A DNA stretch of 63,172 nucleotides from positions 1 to 63,172 of the forward strand of contig DASREK010000313.1 of assembly GCA_035652135.1 (NCBI GenBank). Direction: 5' to 3'. A model generated the notes under the pieces. It saw only the letters and a list, made by a program, of their open reading frames with translations, had not been told where the DNA came from and did no database searches. The first letter of the stretch is position 1; the number at the start of each line of letters is the position of its first letter. Of the stretch, positions 38,419 through 47,514 are shown in pieces. A program made the position numbers and the translations under genes. The DNA comes from Bryobacterales bacterium (lineage in GTDB: Bacteria > Acidobacteriota > Terriglobia > Bryobacterales > JACQDG01).

Positions 38419-40554
38419 TTAGAGTTTGCCAAAGGCCGTGGCGTCCCAGGTAGCTGCCGCAAGGACCTCTACGTTCGTCGCTTTCTCATAAATGCGGCGA
38501 ACCACAGCGGGTTCCATCGTCTGTTCCGAGCCATCGACGGCGCCTGCCAGCACGATGCGGCGCGGAGCGAGGGAAGCGGCCACCTCCGGCAGGTCGGTGT
38601 ATTCCAGCACATGCGGCAAGAAATTGCAAAATGGGTGCGTGTACTGCTCCGTCTCCACGATGCTCCGATAAGAAACGAGGCCTCCCGCCAAGTAGAGGGA
38701 TTGCACCGCAGGTTCAAGGGCGGCAGCGAACAGAGCCGGCACTGTCATTTTACCCAGCGCGGCGATTGTGAGCCGCCGGCCGGCGAGAGAGGGATGCGAG
38801 CGCAGCGCGTGGACGACGGCCAGGATATCGGTTACACGCTGGCCGAGCAGCGGTTTGCCGAGAATGAGCGACGCCCAGGCCCAATTGTCTTCGTTGCTGT
38901 GTGAGCGCGCATAACGCGCGGCTCCGCGGCTGAACTCGGGAGAAAGGTCGCCAACGCCGCGCAGGTCAGGCACACACACCGCGCAGCCGGCCTGCGCCAG
39001 CGACTGATACATCTCGCCCTCGTGCCAGCGCACATCCCGGCCGGCGGGCTCCAGGGATATGACGGCAGGCTGAGAAGGATCCGGATTATTCGGCAGAAAG
39101 AGCCATGCCGGCGCCCAGACTTTCGGGGCCGAAGGAATATCCAGGACTTCAATTTCAAGGCCACGCGAGGGGACCCGCCGCAGGACGGCGGCGCGGACCT
39201 CGCCCGCTGGCCGCTCTACCCCGAGCAGGCGGTCTAACGGCGCCGAACGCCGGGTGAGCTGCCGGGACCTGGTCAAGGTGAAAGGCGTTTGCCCGTGAAA
39301 CGAGCGCACCACGTTGCCCGATTCGCTTACCGCAAGAACTTTGTCGGGCTCGGGCTCAACCGGAGGCTCCTCGGTGATCGGGCGCGTCTCTCCCTTCAGC
39401 CAGCGGCCGAGCCAGTTGTAAACGTGCAAGCGAGAGTCGTAGGAAAGGCCGTGCGGAAGCGGGGTATCCGCCCAAGCCAGCCGGTCGCCGCGGCCCAAAA
39501 CCTCGTATACTCTTTTCAGCTTCTGAAATTCCTCCCAGCCGCTGGCTATGTACTGGCTAGAGTATGTGCCGAAAAAGTCGCGGTCGCTGACCGTGACCAT
39601 GAGGGGCTTGGGGGCGAACGGATACAGCAGATCCCAACGGTCAAAGCCCTCCGGCCCGGAGCCGACGAAGTCCTGCTCCGCGTCATCGGTGGATCCCGGC
39701 GGGTTGAAATTGGCGCAGGCAAAGTTCTCGGTATTGCCGCTGCACTCGATGGCCGCAGCCAGCCGGTCGTCCACGGCCAGCAGCATCATGGTGAGGGTCC
39801 CGCCGCCGGACTGGCCGGTGGAAGCCAGCCGTTTCGGGTCGACGAGCGGGTGCGCTGCGAGGTAGTCAAGGCTGCGGACGGCGTCCCAGACCTGGAAGCG
39901 CGAGGCCGTATCGCCCACCAGCAGCATTTGGCGGCCGGCCGTCGTGTGTTCGTCGTCCGGAGAAAAAAGGCGGGTGCGGGTCAGAGACGCGTTGGGATAG
40001 TAGATGCGCTCGCCCTGTCCCATCGGGTCGAAGGCCAAGACCACGTATCCCAGCCGGGCGAGGCCTTGACAGCATCGCTGATAGGTGTCTCCTGCTTTGC
40101 CGTTCGCCGTATGGCCCATCTGGAAAAGCACGCCCGGATACGGCGGGCGGCCTGTAGTGGGGATGTATAAATTGGCCGAGACGTGCAATTCGGGGCGGCT
40201 CTCGTACACCACCTTCTCGACGCGGTAGCCGGGCCGCTCGAAGGATCCCACGGTGCGGGCGTTCAGGGGAGTGGATTCGGGTCGGCCGCCAACCAGGCGC
40301 CAGAACGTTGCGCGCGCCCATCGCTGGCGTTCTCGAATCGCCTGCGGCGTGGTTAGTTTGGCGATCTCGCGGTTTCTCGCTTCATAAGCCCGCGCCGCGA
40401 GATCGCGCAAATAATCGGGAAGGCAGCGCGAGTAGTTGCGATACGCCACTCCGGGGAATGTGGATTGAGCCCCGGCCGGCTTCCGGGCAAACGCCCAGAC
40501 TGCCGGGATGGCGAATAACTCGCGCCTGGTGAGCCGAAGAGAATGGTCCGGCAT
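38419..40554 (-). CDS. Tat-exported tandem alpha/beta-hydrolase (acetyl-xylan-esterase/peptidase-like)
   Basis: Start chosen at MPDHSLRLTRRELFAIPAV (twin-arginine). Nucleophile elbow TGQSGGGTL. A second alpha/beta-like half is present. Confidence 0.65.
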   Translation of the reverse strand: MPDHSLRLTRRELFAIPAVWAFARKPAGAQSTFPGVAYRNYSRCLPDYLRDLAARAYEARNREIAKLTTPQAIRERQRWARATFWRLVGGRPESTPLNARTVGSFERPGYRVEKVVYESRPELHVSANLYIPTTGRPPYPGVLFQMGHTANGKAGDTYQRCCQGLARLGYVVLAFDPMGQGERIYYPNASLTRTRLFSPDDEHTTAGRQMLLVGDTASRFQVWDAVRSLDYLAAHPLVDPKRLASTGQSGGGTLTMMLLAVDDRLAAAIECSGNTENFACANFNPPGSTDDAEQDFVGSGPEGFDRWDLLYPFAPKPLMVTVSDRDFFGTYSSQYIASGWEEFQKLKRVYEVLGRGDRLAWADTPLPHGLSYDSRLHVYNWLGRWLKGETRPITEEPPVEPEPDKVLAVSESGNVVRSFHGQTPFTLTRSRQLTRRSAPLDRLLGVERPAGEVRAAVLRRVPSRGLEIEVLDIPSAPKVWAPAWLFLPNNPDPSQPAVISLEPAGRDVRWHEGEMYQSLAQAGCAVCVPDLRGVGDLSPEFSRGAARYARSHSNEDNWAWASLILGKPLLGQRVTDILAVVHALRSHPSLAGRRLTIAALGKMTVPALFAAALEPAVQSLYLAGGLVSYRSIVETEQYTHPFCNFLPHVLEYTDLPEVAASLAPRRIVLAGAVDGSEQTMEPAVVRRIYEKATNVEVLAAATWDATAFGKL

Positions 40555-40616
40555 GCTCCCGCCTCGCCCGCAAACCTGCGAGTATAGCAGCCCTTCCGTA
40601 AAAGCGACCTCCGGAT

Positions 40617-42221
40617 CTACGATTCGGACCGCGGCTCGACGATCCGCGTGGCGACGTGCATGCCCGGCTTGAGCTGATCGGACTCCACGGCGGTGAAGAC
40701 ATAATCCGTCAATATGGGCTTTACCCGCACGGGCCGGAATTTGTTTTCGCCTTCCACGACCCAAACCATGGGATCGCCGGGCTTGAGCTGATTGGCATCG
40801 AGAAGAGCTTGTTTTTCCTGTTCCGGAATGGCGGGCGAAAACCGCAATGCGAAGCTCGGCACCTTCATCTTGTTGGTCACGGAGTTCACCGGAATGGTTA
40901 CGTAGGCCGTCATCCCGGGAATAATCCTCTCCCCGGGATTGCGGAACTCGATCAAGGCATCGTAGGTCACTACCGTGTTGCGAGTCGTATCCGGCGGAAC
41001 GTTGGATCCAATCAAGCCGATGCTGAGGCCTGAAGGGTTGGTGTTTGTGCTCGTGGCGGCGGTGGTGGCGGGGGTAATCGTCGGCGTCGAAGTCGTAGTG
41101 ATGATTCGGCCGCTCGGATCAAATGTCGTGGTGGTAGTGGTGGTGATGTTGGTGGCCTGGGAGGCCGACACCGCCGCGCCGCCCACGGATTCGCTGGCCG
41201 AAACCGAACCGGCGGTTACACCGGCCGAAAGCGTCTTTTTAAAGACGCTGGTCAGTCCCGTGGTCTTCGAAATCGGGTCGATTTCGTTGGCATTGATGCG
41301 AACGGAAACCAGTTTTCCTTCGAAGATCTCGCCCGGAAAAGCGTTGACCGTGAAAGTGGCCGGCAAGCCCACTCGGACCTTGCCCACATCGGAGGAATCC
41401 AGCTTCGTGTACACGTACATGTGGGAAAGATCCTGGGCGATGTTAAACAGACTAGGCGCCTGAAGACTGGCCGCTACGGTTTGCCCAACGTCGACATTCC
41501 GAGCGACGACAACTCCGTCCACCGGCGAGGTAATCCGGCAATAATCGAGATTGCGTTTCGCCATGGCGGCCATCGCGGCGCGCTGTTCGACTACGGCTTG
41601 CGCCTGGGCGAGGGCCGCCTCGGCGCTTTTCACTCTGGCCGCAGCGACCTGGCTTTGCGCCTGGGCCGCCAGCGCATCCGCCCGAGCACTGCGGTATGTG
41701 GCCTCACTCTTATCAAAATCGGCCTGGGTGGAAATACCTTCGCTGAGCAGGCGCTTCATCCGATTGAAATCGGCTTCCGCCTGCCGGTAAGTCGCCTCGG
41801 CGGCCTGGGCCTCGGCGGTCGCTCGGGCATAATCGCTGCGCGCCGACTCCACATTGAATCTCTCCTGATTGACGGCCGCGCGGGCCGCCGCCAGATTGGC
41901 CTCGGCTTGCAGGAACGTTGCCCGGTACGTGGAATCGTCGATCTCGGCCAGCAATTGGCCGGCCTTCACACGATCGTTAAAATCAACGTGGAGGGCCTTG
42001 ATGCGGCCGGTCACCGGGCTGCCGACATCGACCACGTTAACGGCGTCCACGCTGCCCGTAGCCGGGACTTCCACCGTCAGGTCGCCGACCTCCACCGGCG
42101 CTGTCTCGAGAATGGGTTTTTCGGGCCCTTTCGAGCTCAGGGACCAATAAAGGGCTGAAACACAAATCGCGACGCCCAGGGCGATCCACAGTAAGTTCTG
42201 CCTTTTGCCTGACTTGTTCAT
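40617..42221 (-). CDS. HlyD/MacA-type efflux periplasmic adaptor with a Thr/Ser-rich insertion
   Basis: TM anchor, lipoyl-like VTGRIKALHVDFNDRVKAGQLLAEID, a long coiled-coil hairpin, ITSPVDGVVVARNVDVGQTV and PGMTAYVTIPV. The insertion covers roughly residues 311-415. Confidence 0.8.
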   Translation of the reverse strand: MNKSGKRQNLLWIALGVAICVSALYWSLSSKGPEKPILETAPVEVGDLTVEVPATGSVDAVNVVDVGSPVTGRIKALHVDFNDRVKAGQLLAEIDDSTYRATFLQAEANLAAARAAVNQERFNVESARSDYARATAEAQAAEATYRQAEADFNRMKRLLSEGISTQADFDKSEATYRSARADALAAQAQSQVAAARVKSAEAALAQAQAVVEQRAAMAAMAKRNLDYCRITSPVDGVVVARNVDVGQTVAASLQAPSLFNIAQDLSHMYVYTKLDSSDVGKVRVGLPATFTVNAFPGEIFEGKLVSVRINANEIDPISKTTGLTSVFKKTLSAGVTAGSVSASESVGGAAVSASQATNITTTTTTTFDPSGRIITTTSTPTITPATTAATSTNTNPSGLSIGLIGSNVPPDTTRNTVVTYDALIEFRNPGERIIPGMTAYVTIPVNSVTNKMKVPSFALRFSPAIPEQEKQALLDANQLKPGDPMVWVVEGENKFRPVRVKPILTDYVFTAVESDQLKPGMHVATRIVEPRSES

Positions 42222-42377
42222 TGAGTATTCCGGCCGATTATACCTGGAAAGGCGTGCCGCCTTCTGTAGCGGTTACCTGCGCGCCGGAATTTCCCTTCGT
42301 GCGGCCCTAAACGTCGCCGATTCCGGCTCTTCCCATCTTGCGGCGGCGGGCCGGCGGGCTATACTAACGGATGGCTT

Positions 42378-43754
42378 ATGCTCCTCGCCCTGATCTTGAT
42401 CGCTGGCCTCACCGATTGGGTTCCGGCCCGCTGGATCTCCAGCGATCCGAAAAGCCTGGAACTGATACGGGGCACGCCCATTAATTGTCTCCTGCTGGAA
42501 CGCGATCAGTGGTCGCCCGCGTTCGCCGAGGAGGCCGCCCGGCAGAACGTGGTGACGCTCGGCGTCGTGCGCCCGGGCGGAGATCCGCTGGAATCGGCTT
42601 TGGCGGCGCTGCGCGAGAAGCTCCAGGGCGTGGTGCTGGAGGGGGATTTCCCGGCCGCGGAGATCGCGCGCGTCAAGCAGAAGCTGGCAGCGGCCCGCGC
42701 GCCGGTAGTGGAAATGCTACCCAGGCGTTCGCTGGACCTGCATGGACAGGCAGACATTATTGCGACTTATCAGGCAGTCTGGCCGGGCATTCAGGCGCAG
42801 GATGACGAGGGCAAAGCGCGGGCCGGACCGACCGGTTCGCCCTGGATCAACACCAACACCGGATTCCTCATCTACGCACGGGCGGCGGCCGAGGGCCCGG
42901 TCTGGGTTGGCAATTTGCCGCCGGAGAAACAGGTCCTGACGGTGGAAAATTACCTCTACGCCGTCTGCGACGCCGCTTCTTTGGGCGCCCGCTGGGTAGT
43001 GGCGCTCGATCCGGATTTCCGCGGCCGGGTTTTGCGGCGCGAGGAAAAGGCGCTCCGGGATTGGAAACGCATCGCGCTTTATCTCCAATATTTCGAGGAC
43101 CACAAGGAATGGCGCGCGCTGCGGTCGCACAGCCGCCTCACGGTTCTGCAAGACGCCGACAGCGGAGCGCTGCTTTCCGGCAGCATCCTCGACATGATGA
43201 TCACCAAGCGCACGCCGGTGCGCCTTCTGCCCCGCTCCAAGCTGAACGAAGGCGCGCTGCGGGGCGCCACCATGGTGCTGAACCTCGAATCCGATCTCCT
43301 TACCCCGCAGCAGAAGGAGACTCTGGCGGCATTTACCCATTCGGGGAAAACGCTACTTACCAGCCCGCCCGAGTTCAAACCGCCCGTGCTGCACGGCGAT
43401 CAAATTACGGTGGATGAGAAAGAGGTGGGGCGGATCGAAGACCTATGGCGCGGCGTCAACTCGTCCATCGCGCACGCGAACCTCGGCCTGCGCATGTACA
43501 ACGTGTCCAGTATGCTCACCAACCTGCTAGCGGATTCGACGGGCAAGCGGCTCGTGCTGCATCTGGTGAACTATTCCGGTTATCCGGTCGAAAACATCAC
43601 TATCTTTTACCCGGGGAGCCTCAAGAGCGCGAAAATTCTGACGCCCGAAAAGCCGGCTCAGGAGGTCGAGATTTTCGAACAGAGAGGCGAGACCACGATC
43701 GAACTGGACAGAGTAGGAACCTGCACTACGCTCGTCCTGGAACAGGAGGGTTGA
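42378..43754 (+). CDS. Hypothetical protein (458 aa)
   Basis: Long ORF with GC-rich third codon positions and a 1-nt gap to the downstream DUF362 gene. I recognised no family. Confidence 0.5.
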   Translation: MLLALILIAGLTDWVPARWISSDPKSLELIRGTPINCLLLERDQWSPAFAEEAARQNVVTLGVVRPGGDPLESALAALREKLQGVVLEGDFPAAEIARVKQKLAAARAPVVEMLPRRSLDLHGQADIIATYQAVWPGIQAQDDEGKARAGPTGSPWINTNTGFLIYARAAAEGPVWVGNLPPEKQVLTVENYLYAVCDAASLGARWVVALDPDFRGRVLRREEKALRDWKRIALYLQYFEDHKEWRALRSHSRLTVLQDADSGALLSGSILDMMITKRTPVRLLPRSKLNEGALRGATMVLNLESDLLTPQQKETLAAFTHSGKTLLTSPPEFKPPVLHGDQITVDEKEVGRIEDLWRGVNSSIAHANLGLRMYNVSSMLTNLLADSTGKRLVLHLVNYSGYPVENITIFYPGSLKSAKILTPEKPAQEVEIFEQRGETTIELDRVGTCTTLVLEQEG

Positions 43755-43755
43755 A

Positions 43756-44916
43756 ATGCCTGAGATGACACGCCGACAATTGCTTACGATGCTGGGAGCG
43801 GCAGCGGCTTGGCCGGTTCAGAAAAGCTGGGGTGCTCCGGAGGCGCCGGCCGCCCCGGTCTCCATCGCGCGTTGCAAGTCTTACGATGAAAGCCTTGTGG
43901 CAACGCTCTCCACCATGTTTGACCAGTTGGGAGGCTTGCAGAAATTAGTGAAAGGCAAGACGGTCACCGTCAAGCTGAACCTTACCGGCGACCCAGGCCT
44001 TCGGCTCCAGGGCAAGCCGGTCGGTTCGACGCACTATACACATCCCACACTGATCGAAGCGTTTCTCCACCTCGCCGACCAGGCCGGCGCGAAGCGCATC
44101 CGCCTGGTGGAAAGCTGCTGGGCGACGGCAGGGCCGCTCGAAGAATACATGCTGGATTCCGGCTGGCGCGTGCGGCGGTTCCAAAGCGCCGCCAAGAATG
44201 TGGAGTTTGAAAACACCAACGCGCTCGGCAAAGGCAAGCAATACAGCCGGTTCAAGGTTCCGGGACAGGCCTACATGTTTCCGGCGTATGACCTGAACCA
44301 CTCCTACGCGGATACCGACGTCTTTGTGAGCATGGCGAAGCTGAAAAATCACGCCACTTGCGGCGTCACCTTATCGCTGAAAAACTGCTTCGGAATGACG
44401 CCCGCCTCGATCTACGGCGAGGATGCCGGCGAGTTTGAGCCGAACGAATCGCCGGGATCGGGGCGGGGCGCGGTTTGCCATTACGGCAAGCGCGGCCCCT
44501 CCAAATGCTCGCCGCAAGAGCTGCACCCGGAGAGCCCGCGCGAGGGCGGCTACCGCATTCCGAGAATCGTCGCCGACCTGACCGCCGCGCGGCCTATCGA
44601 TCTGGCGATCATCGACGGCATCGAGACCATGATCGCCGGCGAAGGTCCCTGGGTGCGAGGGACGGCCCCGGCCCAGCCAGGGCTTTTGCTGGCTGGCTTG
44701 AACCCGGTATGCACCGACGCCGTAGCCACGGCCGTCATGGGCTATGATCCGAGGGCCGACCGCGGCTCGGCGCCTTTTGAAAAATGCGACAACACCCTGA
44801 AGCTAGCCGAAGCTCTCGGCGCCGGCACAACCGACCTCAAGCGCATTGAAGTGTTGGGAGTGCCAATTGAGCAGGCCCTGTTTCCCTTTCCCAAACACTT
44901 GAACATGACAGGCTGA
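43756..44916 (+). CDS. Tat-exported DUF362 domain protein
   Basis: MPEMTRRQLLTMLGAAAAWP (twin-arginine), TVKLNLTGDP, MAKLKNHATCGVTLSLKNCFGMTP. Confidence 0.75.
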   Translation: MPEMTRRQLLTMLGAAAAWPVQKSWGAPEAPAAPVSIARCKSYDESLVATLSTMFDQLGGLQKLVKGKTVTVKLNLTGDPGLRLQGKPVGSTHYTHPTLIEAFLHLADQAGAKRIRLVESCWATAGPLEEYMLDSGWRVRRFQSAAKNVEFENTNALGKGKQYSRFKVPGQAYMFPAYDLNHSYADTDVFVSMAKLKNHATCGVTLSLKNCFGMTPASIYGEDAGEFEPNESPGSGRGAVCHYGKRGPSKCSPQELHPESPREGGYRIPRIVADLTAARPIDLAIIDGIETMIAGEGPWVRGTAPAQPGLLLAGLNPVCTDAVATAVMGYDPRADRGSAPFEKCDNTLKLAEALGAGTTDLKRIEVLGVPIEQALFPFPKHLNMTG

Positions 44917-44958
44917 CGCCGTCCCGGCCATGCGCCCGGAGCGGCCTTCAGATTCGGT

Positions 44959-45852
44959 TCAGAAACTGTCCCGGCGGGGCTGCAAGCCCGGCGTTTGCGC
45001 GCCGGCGGCGGGGCTGGACGCTGCGGCCAATTCTGATTTCTTATATTTCGGCTCGCTCAAATAGCCGGACACCTCGTTCTTGGTGATTTTGTTGACCACC
45101 AACTCAAGCGGCTGCGGCCGGTCGCTGAGATTGATCAGAATCGGCTCGTAGAGATTCACGCCTTTTTTCTGGAGCTCGACGTCGTCCACAATTAGGGCCA
45201 GGTCGTAGGACTTGCGCTTGGCGTTGGTCTTGCGCAGAGAAAGGCTCAGAGGGCCTACTCGCTGGAACTGCTTGGATTTGGTGATATGGAATTCATCATA
45301 ATTTCGCTCGCCGCGTTTCTCGAGCAGCACGAGCTCCTCATGATTTCTGGCGATTGAACCGCTGAGGTCATCGCGCGTGGAGTTCAGCTTGTTTTCCATA
45401 TCCTCGCGCGTCTGGCTGAGCGCTTTCTGCGTGCTTGCGATCTGCTCGCCTTGCCGCGAGAGCTGCGCCTGCATCTGCCTCCAGCGGGCGTCCTCTAGCG
45501 GGCGGGCCTGCCTTGTTCTGCCCGCGCTTGCGCCGCCCGGCTTGCGTGCGGCTTTGGCGGGATGCGCCGGCGGGGCCTCCCTCGAAGCATCCAGCGCATC
45601 CAGCTTGGCGCGCAGCGCCTGAATCTCGGCCTGACTTTGGGCCAGAGCGGAGGTCATCTGATCGCGGCTGGCGGCCAGCTCGCGCTGTTGCTGGCGGTCG
45701 CGCCAGGCTTCCCGCACGCCGAGACCGCCTATGCAGGTGAACACCAACACCCATGCCAGTAAATTCAAAGGCCCTCTGGCCGGGTGCACCGGCGCCGGCT
45801 CGCCGGACGGCGGTCTTACCTCGGAGTTCGGGACATTCATTCCTTCCGACAT
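44959..45852 (-). CDS. Membrane-anchored coiled-coil hypothetical protein
   Basis: Start chosen at MSEGMN (GGGAGGGG Shine-Dalgarno upstream). TM segment LLAWVLVFTCIGGLGV, followed by heptad-like QSQAEIQALRAKLDALD... Confidence 0.5.
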   Translation of the reverse strand: MSEGMNVPNSEVRPPSGEPAPVHPARGPLNLLAWVLVFTCIGGLGVREAWRDRQQQRELAASRDQMTSALAQSQAEIQALRAKLDALDASREAPPAHPAKAARKPGGASAGRTRQARPLEDARWRQMQAQLSRQGEQIASTQKALSQTREDMENKLNSTRDDLSGSIARNHEELVLLEKRGERNYDEFHITKSKQFQRVGPLSLSLRKTNAKRKSYDLALIVDDVELQKKGVNLYEPILINLSDRPQPLELVVNKITKNEVSGYLSEPKYKKSELAAASSPAAGAQTPGLQPRRDSF

Positions 45853-46057
45853 AAGTTCCCCTCCCAACTGGGCATAAAAACTCGCCCCCCTGACAGCAAG
45901 CAAAGTGCCAGCCTCCGGTTACATCCAAGATTATGAAATCACGAGACTTCTCCCTAGCCAGAGATCCGCCGGTTTCGCGCCGGGAGGAAGACATTACATG
46001 GGGGTTCCGCAAAAACGCCGGGGGTGGAGATCGGCTGGGGTTTCCTTTTCGGCTGCT

Positions 46058-47290
46058 CTACCTCTGCGCCGCCCCGGCGCGACCCATGATTGGCCAGACG
46101 TCAACGATCCTCTCTCCCTGAGCCACGTAATAACGGTCGTAGACGTTGGTACTCATGTCGAGCGTCGTGCAATAAAGTTCCACCCGGTCGCCAAGCTTAA
46201 GATCCTGGTCGCCGTCCTTCCATTTGAGGATGCCGTATTCGGCGCCCTGGTTGGCCACCTGAATCCAGGGCATGCCCTTGACGTTGTCGGTGGGGCGAAG
46301 CATGGCTTTGTTGCCGCAGTCGATCGTGCATTGATTCGGCCAGCGCTTGCTCGTAACGGTGGCAAGGACGGTCAGAGAGCCGGCGAAGTCGGAATACATG
46401 CTGTCATCATCTTTGCCGCCGATGGCGAAATAGGCGGTGTCCATGAAGATATAGGAGCCGGCCTGAAGCTCCGTAAGGCCGTTCTCTTTATCGATGTTAT
46501 AGGTCCCGGTCGAGCCGCCGCTGATGATCTGCACCGGCAATCCCGATTTGCGGCACAGTTCCGCCGTTTCGCGCAGGCCGGCCAGATCCCCCGCCGATCT
46601 TTTGCGGCGAGCTTCCCAACCGTGGGTGTGCGATGCGCCGCCGGAGTATCCCATCAAGCCCCGCAGCTCGAGATGCTTTGACGAATCGATTTTTTGCGCC
46701 AATTCAAGGGCTGGCTGGCCGGGCTGCATGCCGTGGCGCGTCAGGCCGGCGAAGACGTCCGCCACGATTTTCAGACGGACGTTGTGCGCGGCCGCTGCCT
46801 CTTCGACCCAGTCGGCGACCAGGGGATCGTCGACCACGAACATGAAGGTGGGATCCCGTTTGGAAAGGGCGACGGCCCGCGAGATGTTGTTGATGCCCGC
46901 AGGCTGCTTGGTCCACAGAACGTTCTTGAATCCTGCGCCGGACATCAGTTCCGACTCCGCGATGGTGGCCGTGGTGAGGCCGATCGCCCCGAGGGCAAGC
47001 TGGCGCCTGGCGATATCCACACTCTTGTGAATCTTCACGTGCGGGCGCAGGTGGATGCCGGCTGTCTTGCAGTGGTTCGCCATTTTTTGCAGATTCTGCT
47101 CGAACAGCGCCTGATCGATAATCATGCAGGGCGTGGGCAGTTCGGCCTTGCTGAGACCGCGAAAGTCCCGCCGCGCTATCCGGGCCTCGATGTCGTTGGA
47201 GTAAGTGTTCGTCCGGGCCGCGCGAGCGCCGGCGGTTGTAAGCAAACTTCCGGCGGCCGCCGTTTTCAAGAAGGATCGGCGTGAAGTCAT
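46058..47290 (-). CDS. Tat-exported PLP enzyme of the alanine-racemase-N / D-serine dehydratase-like (DSD1, D-threonine aldolase) family
   Basis: Start chosen at MTSRRSFLKTAAAGSLL. LPTPCMIIDQALFEQNL...LRPHVKIHKS carries the PLP lysine. Confidence 0.7.
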   Translation of the reverse strand: MTSRRSFLKTAAAGSLLTTAGARAARTNTYSNDIEARIARRDFRGLSKAELPTPCMIIDQALFEQNLQKMANHCKTAGIHLRPHVKIHKSVDIARRQLALGAIGLTTATIAESELMSGAGFKNVLWTKQPAGINNISRAVALSKRDPTFMFVVDDPLVADWVEEAAAAHNVRLKIVADVFAGLTRHGMQPGQPALELAQKIDSSKHLELRGLMGYSGGASHTHGWEARRKRSAGDLAGLRETAELCRKSGLPVQIISGGSTGTYNIDKENGLTELQAGSYIFMDTAYFAIGGKDDDSMYSDFAGSLTVLATVTSKRWPNQCTIDCGNKAMLRPTDNVKGMPWIQVANQGAEYGILKWKDGDQDLKLGDRVELYCTTLDMSTNVYDRYYVAQGERIVDVWPIMGRAGAAQR

Positions 47291-47514
47291 GGTAGGCGCC
47301 TCGCTGACGCTGGGTCCATTATAGACCCCGGCGCAAGAGGCTCCCGGGAGTTTGGGGCTCCGGGAACGCCGCTTTTCACCCAGACGGTGCGGTTCCAGGA
47401 CCGTGCGTCGGAGACGCCAATCCGCGCATACAGGACCGGTTCGGCCGCATTTTCCATGTGCTTTCGGGAGACAGGCTTTTCTGCTACTCTCTTCAGTGAC
47501 GCAGGGAGGCGACC

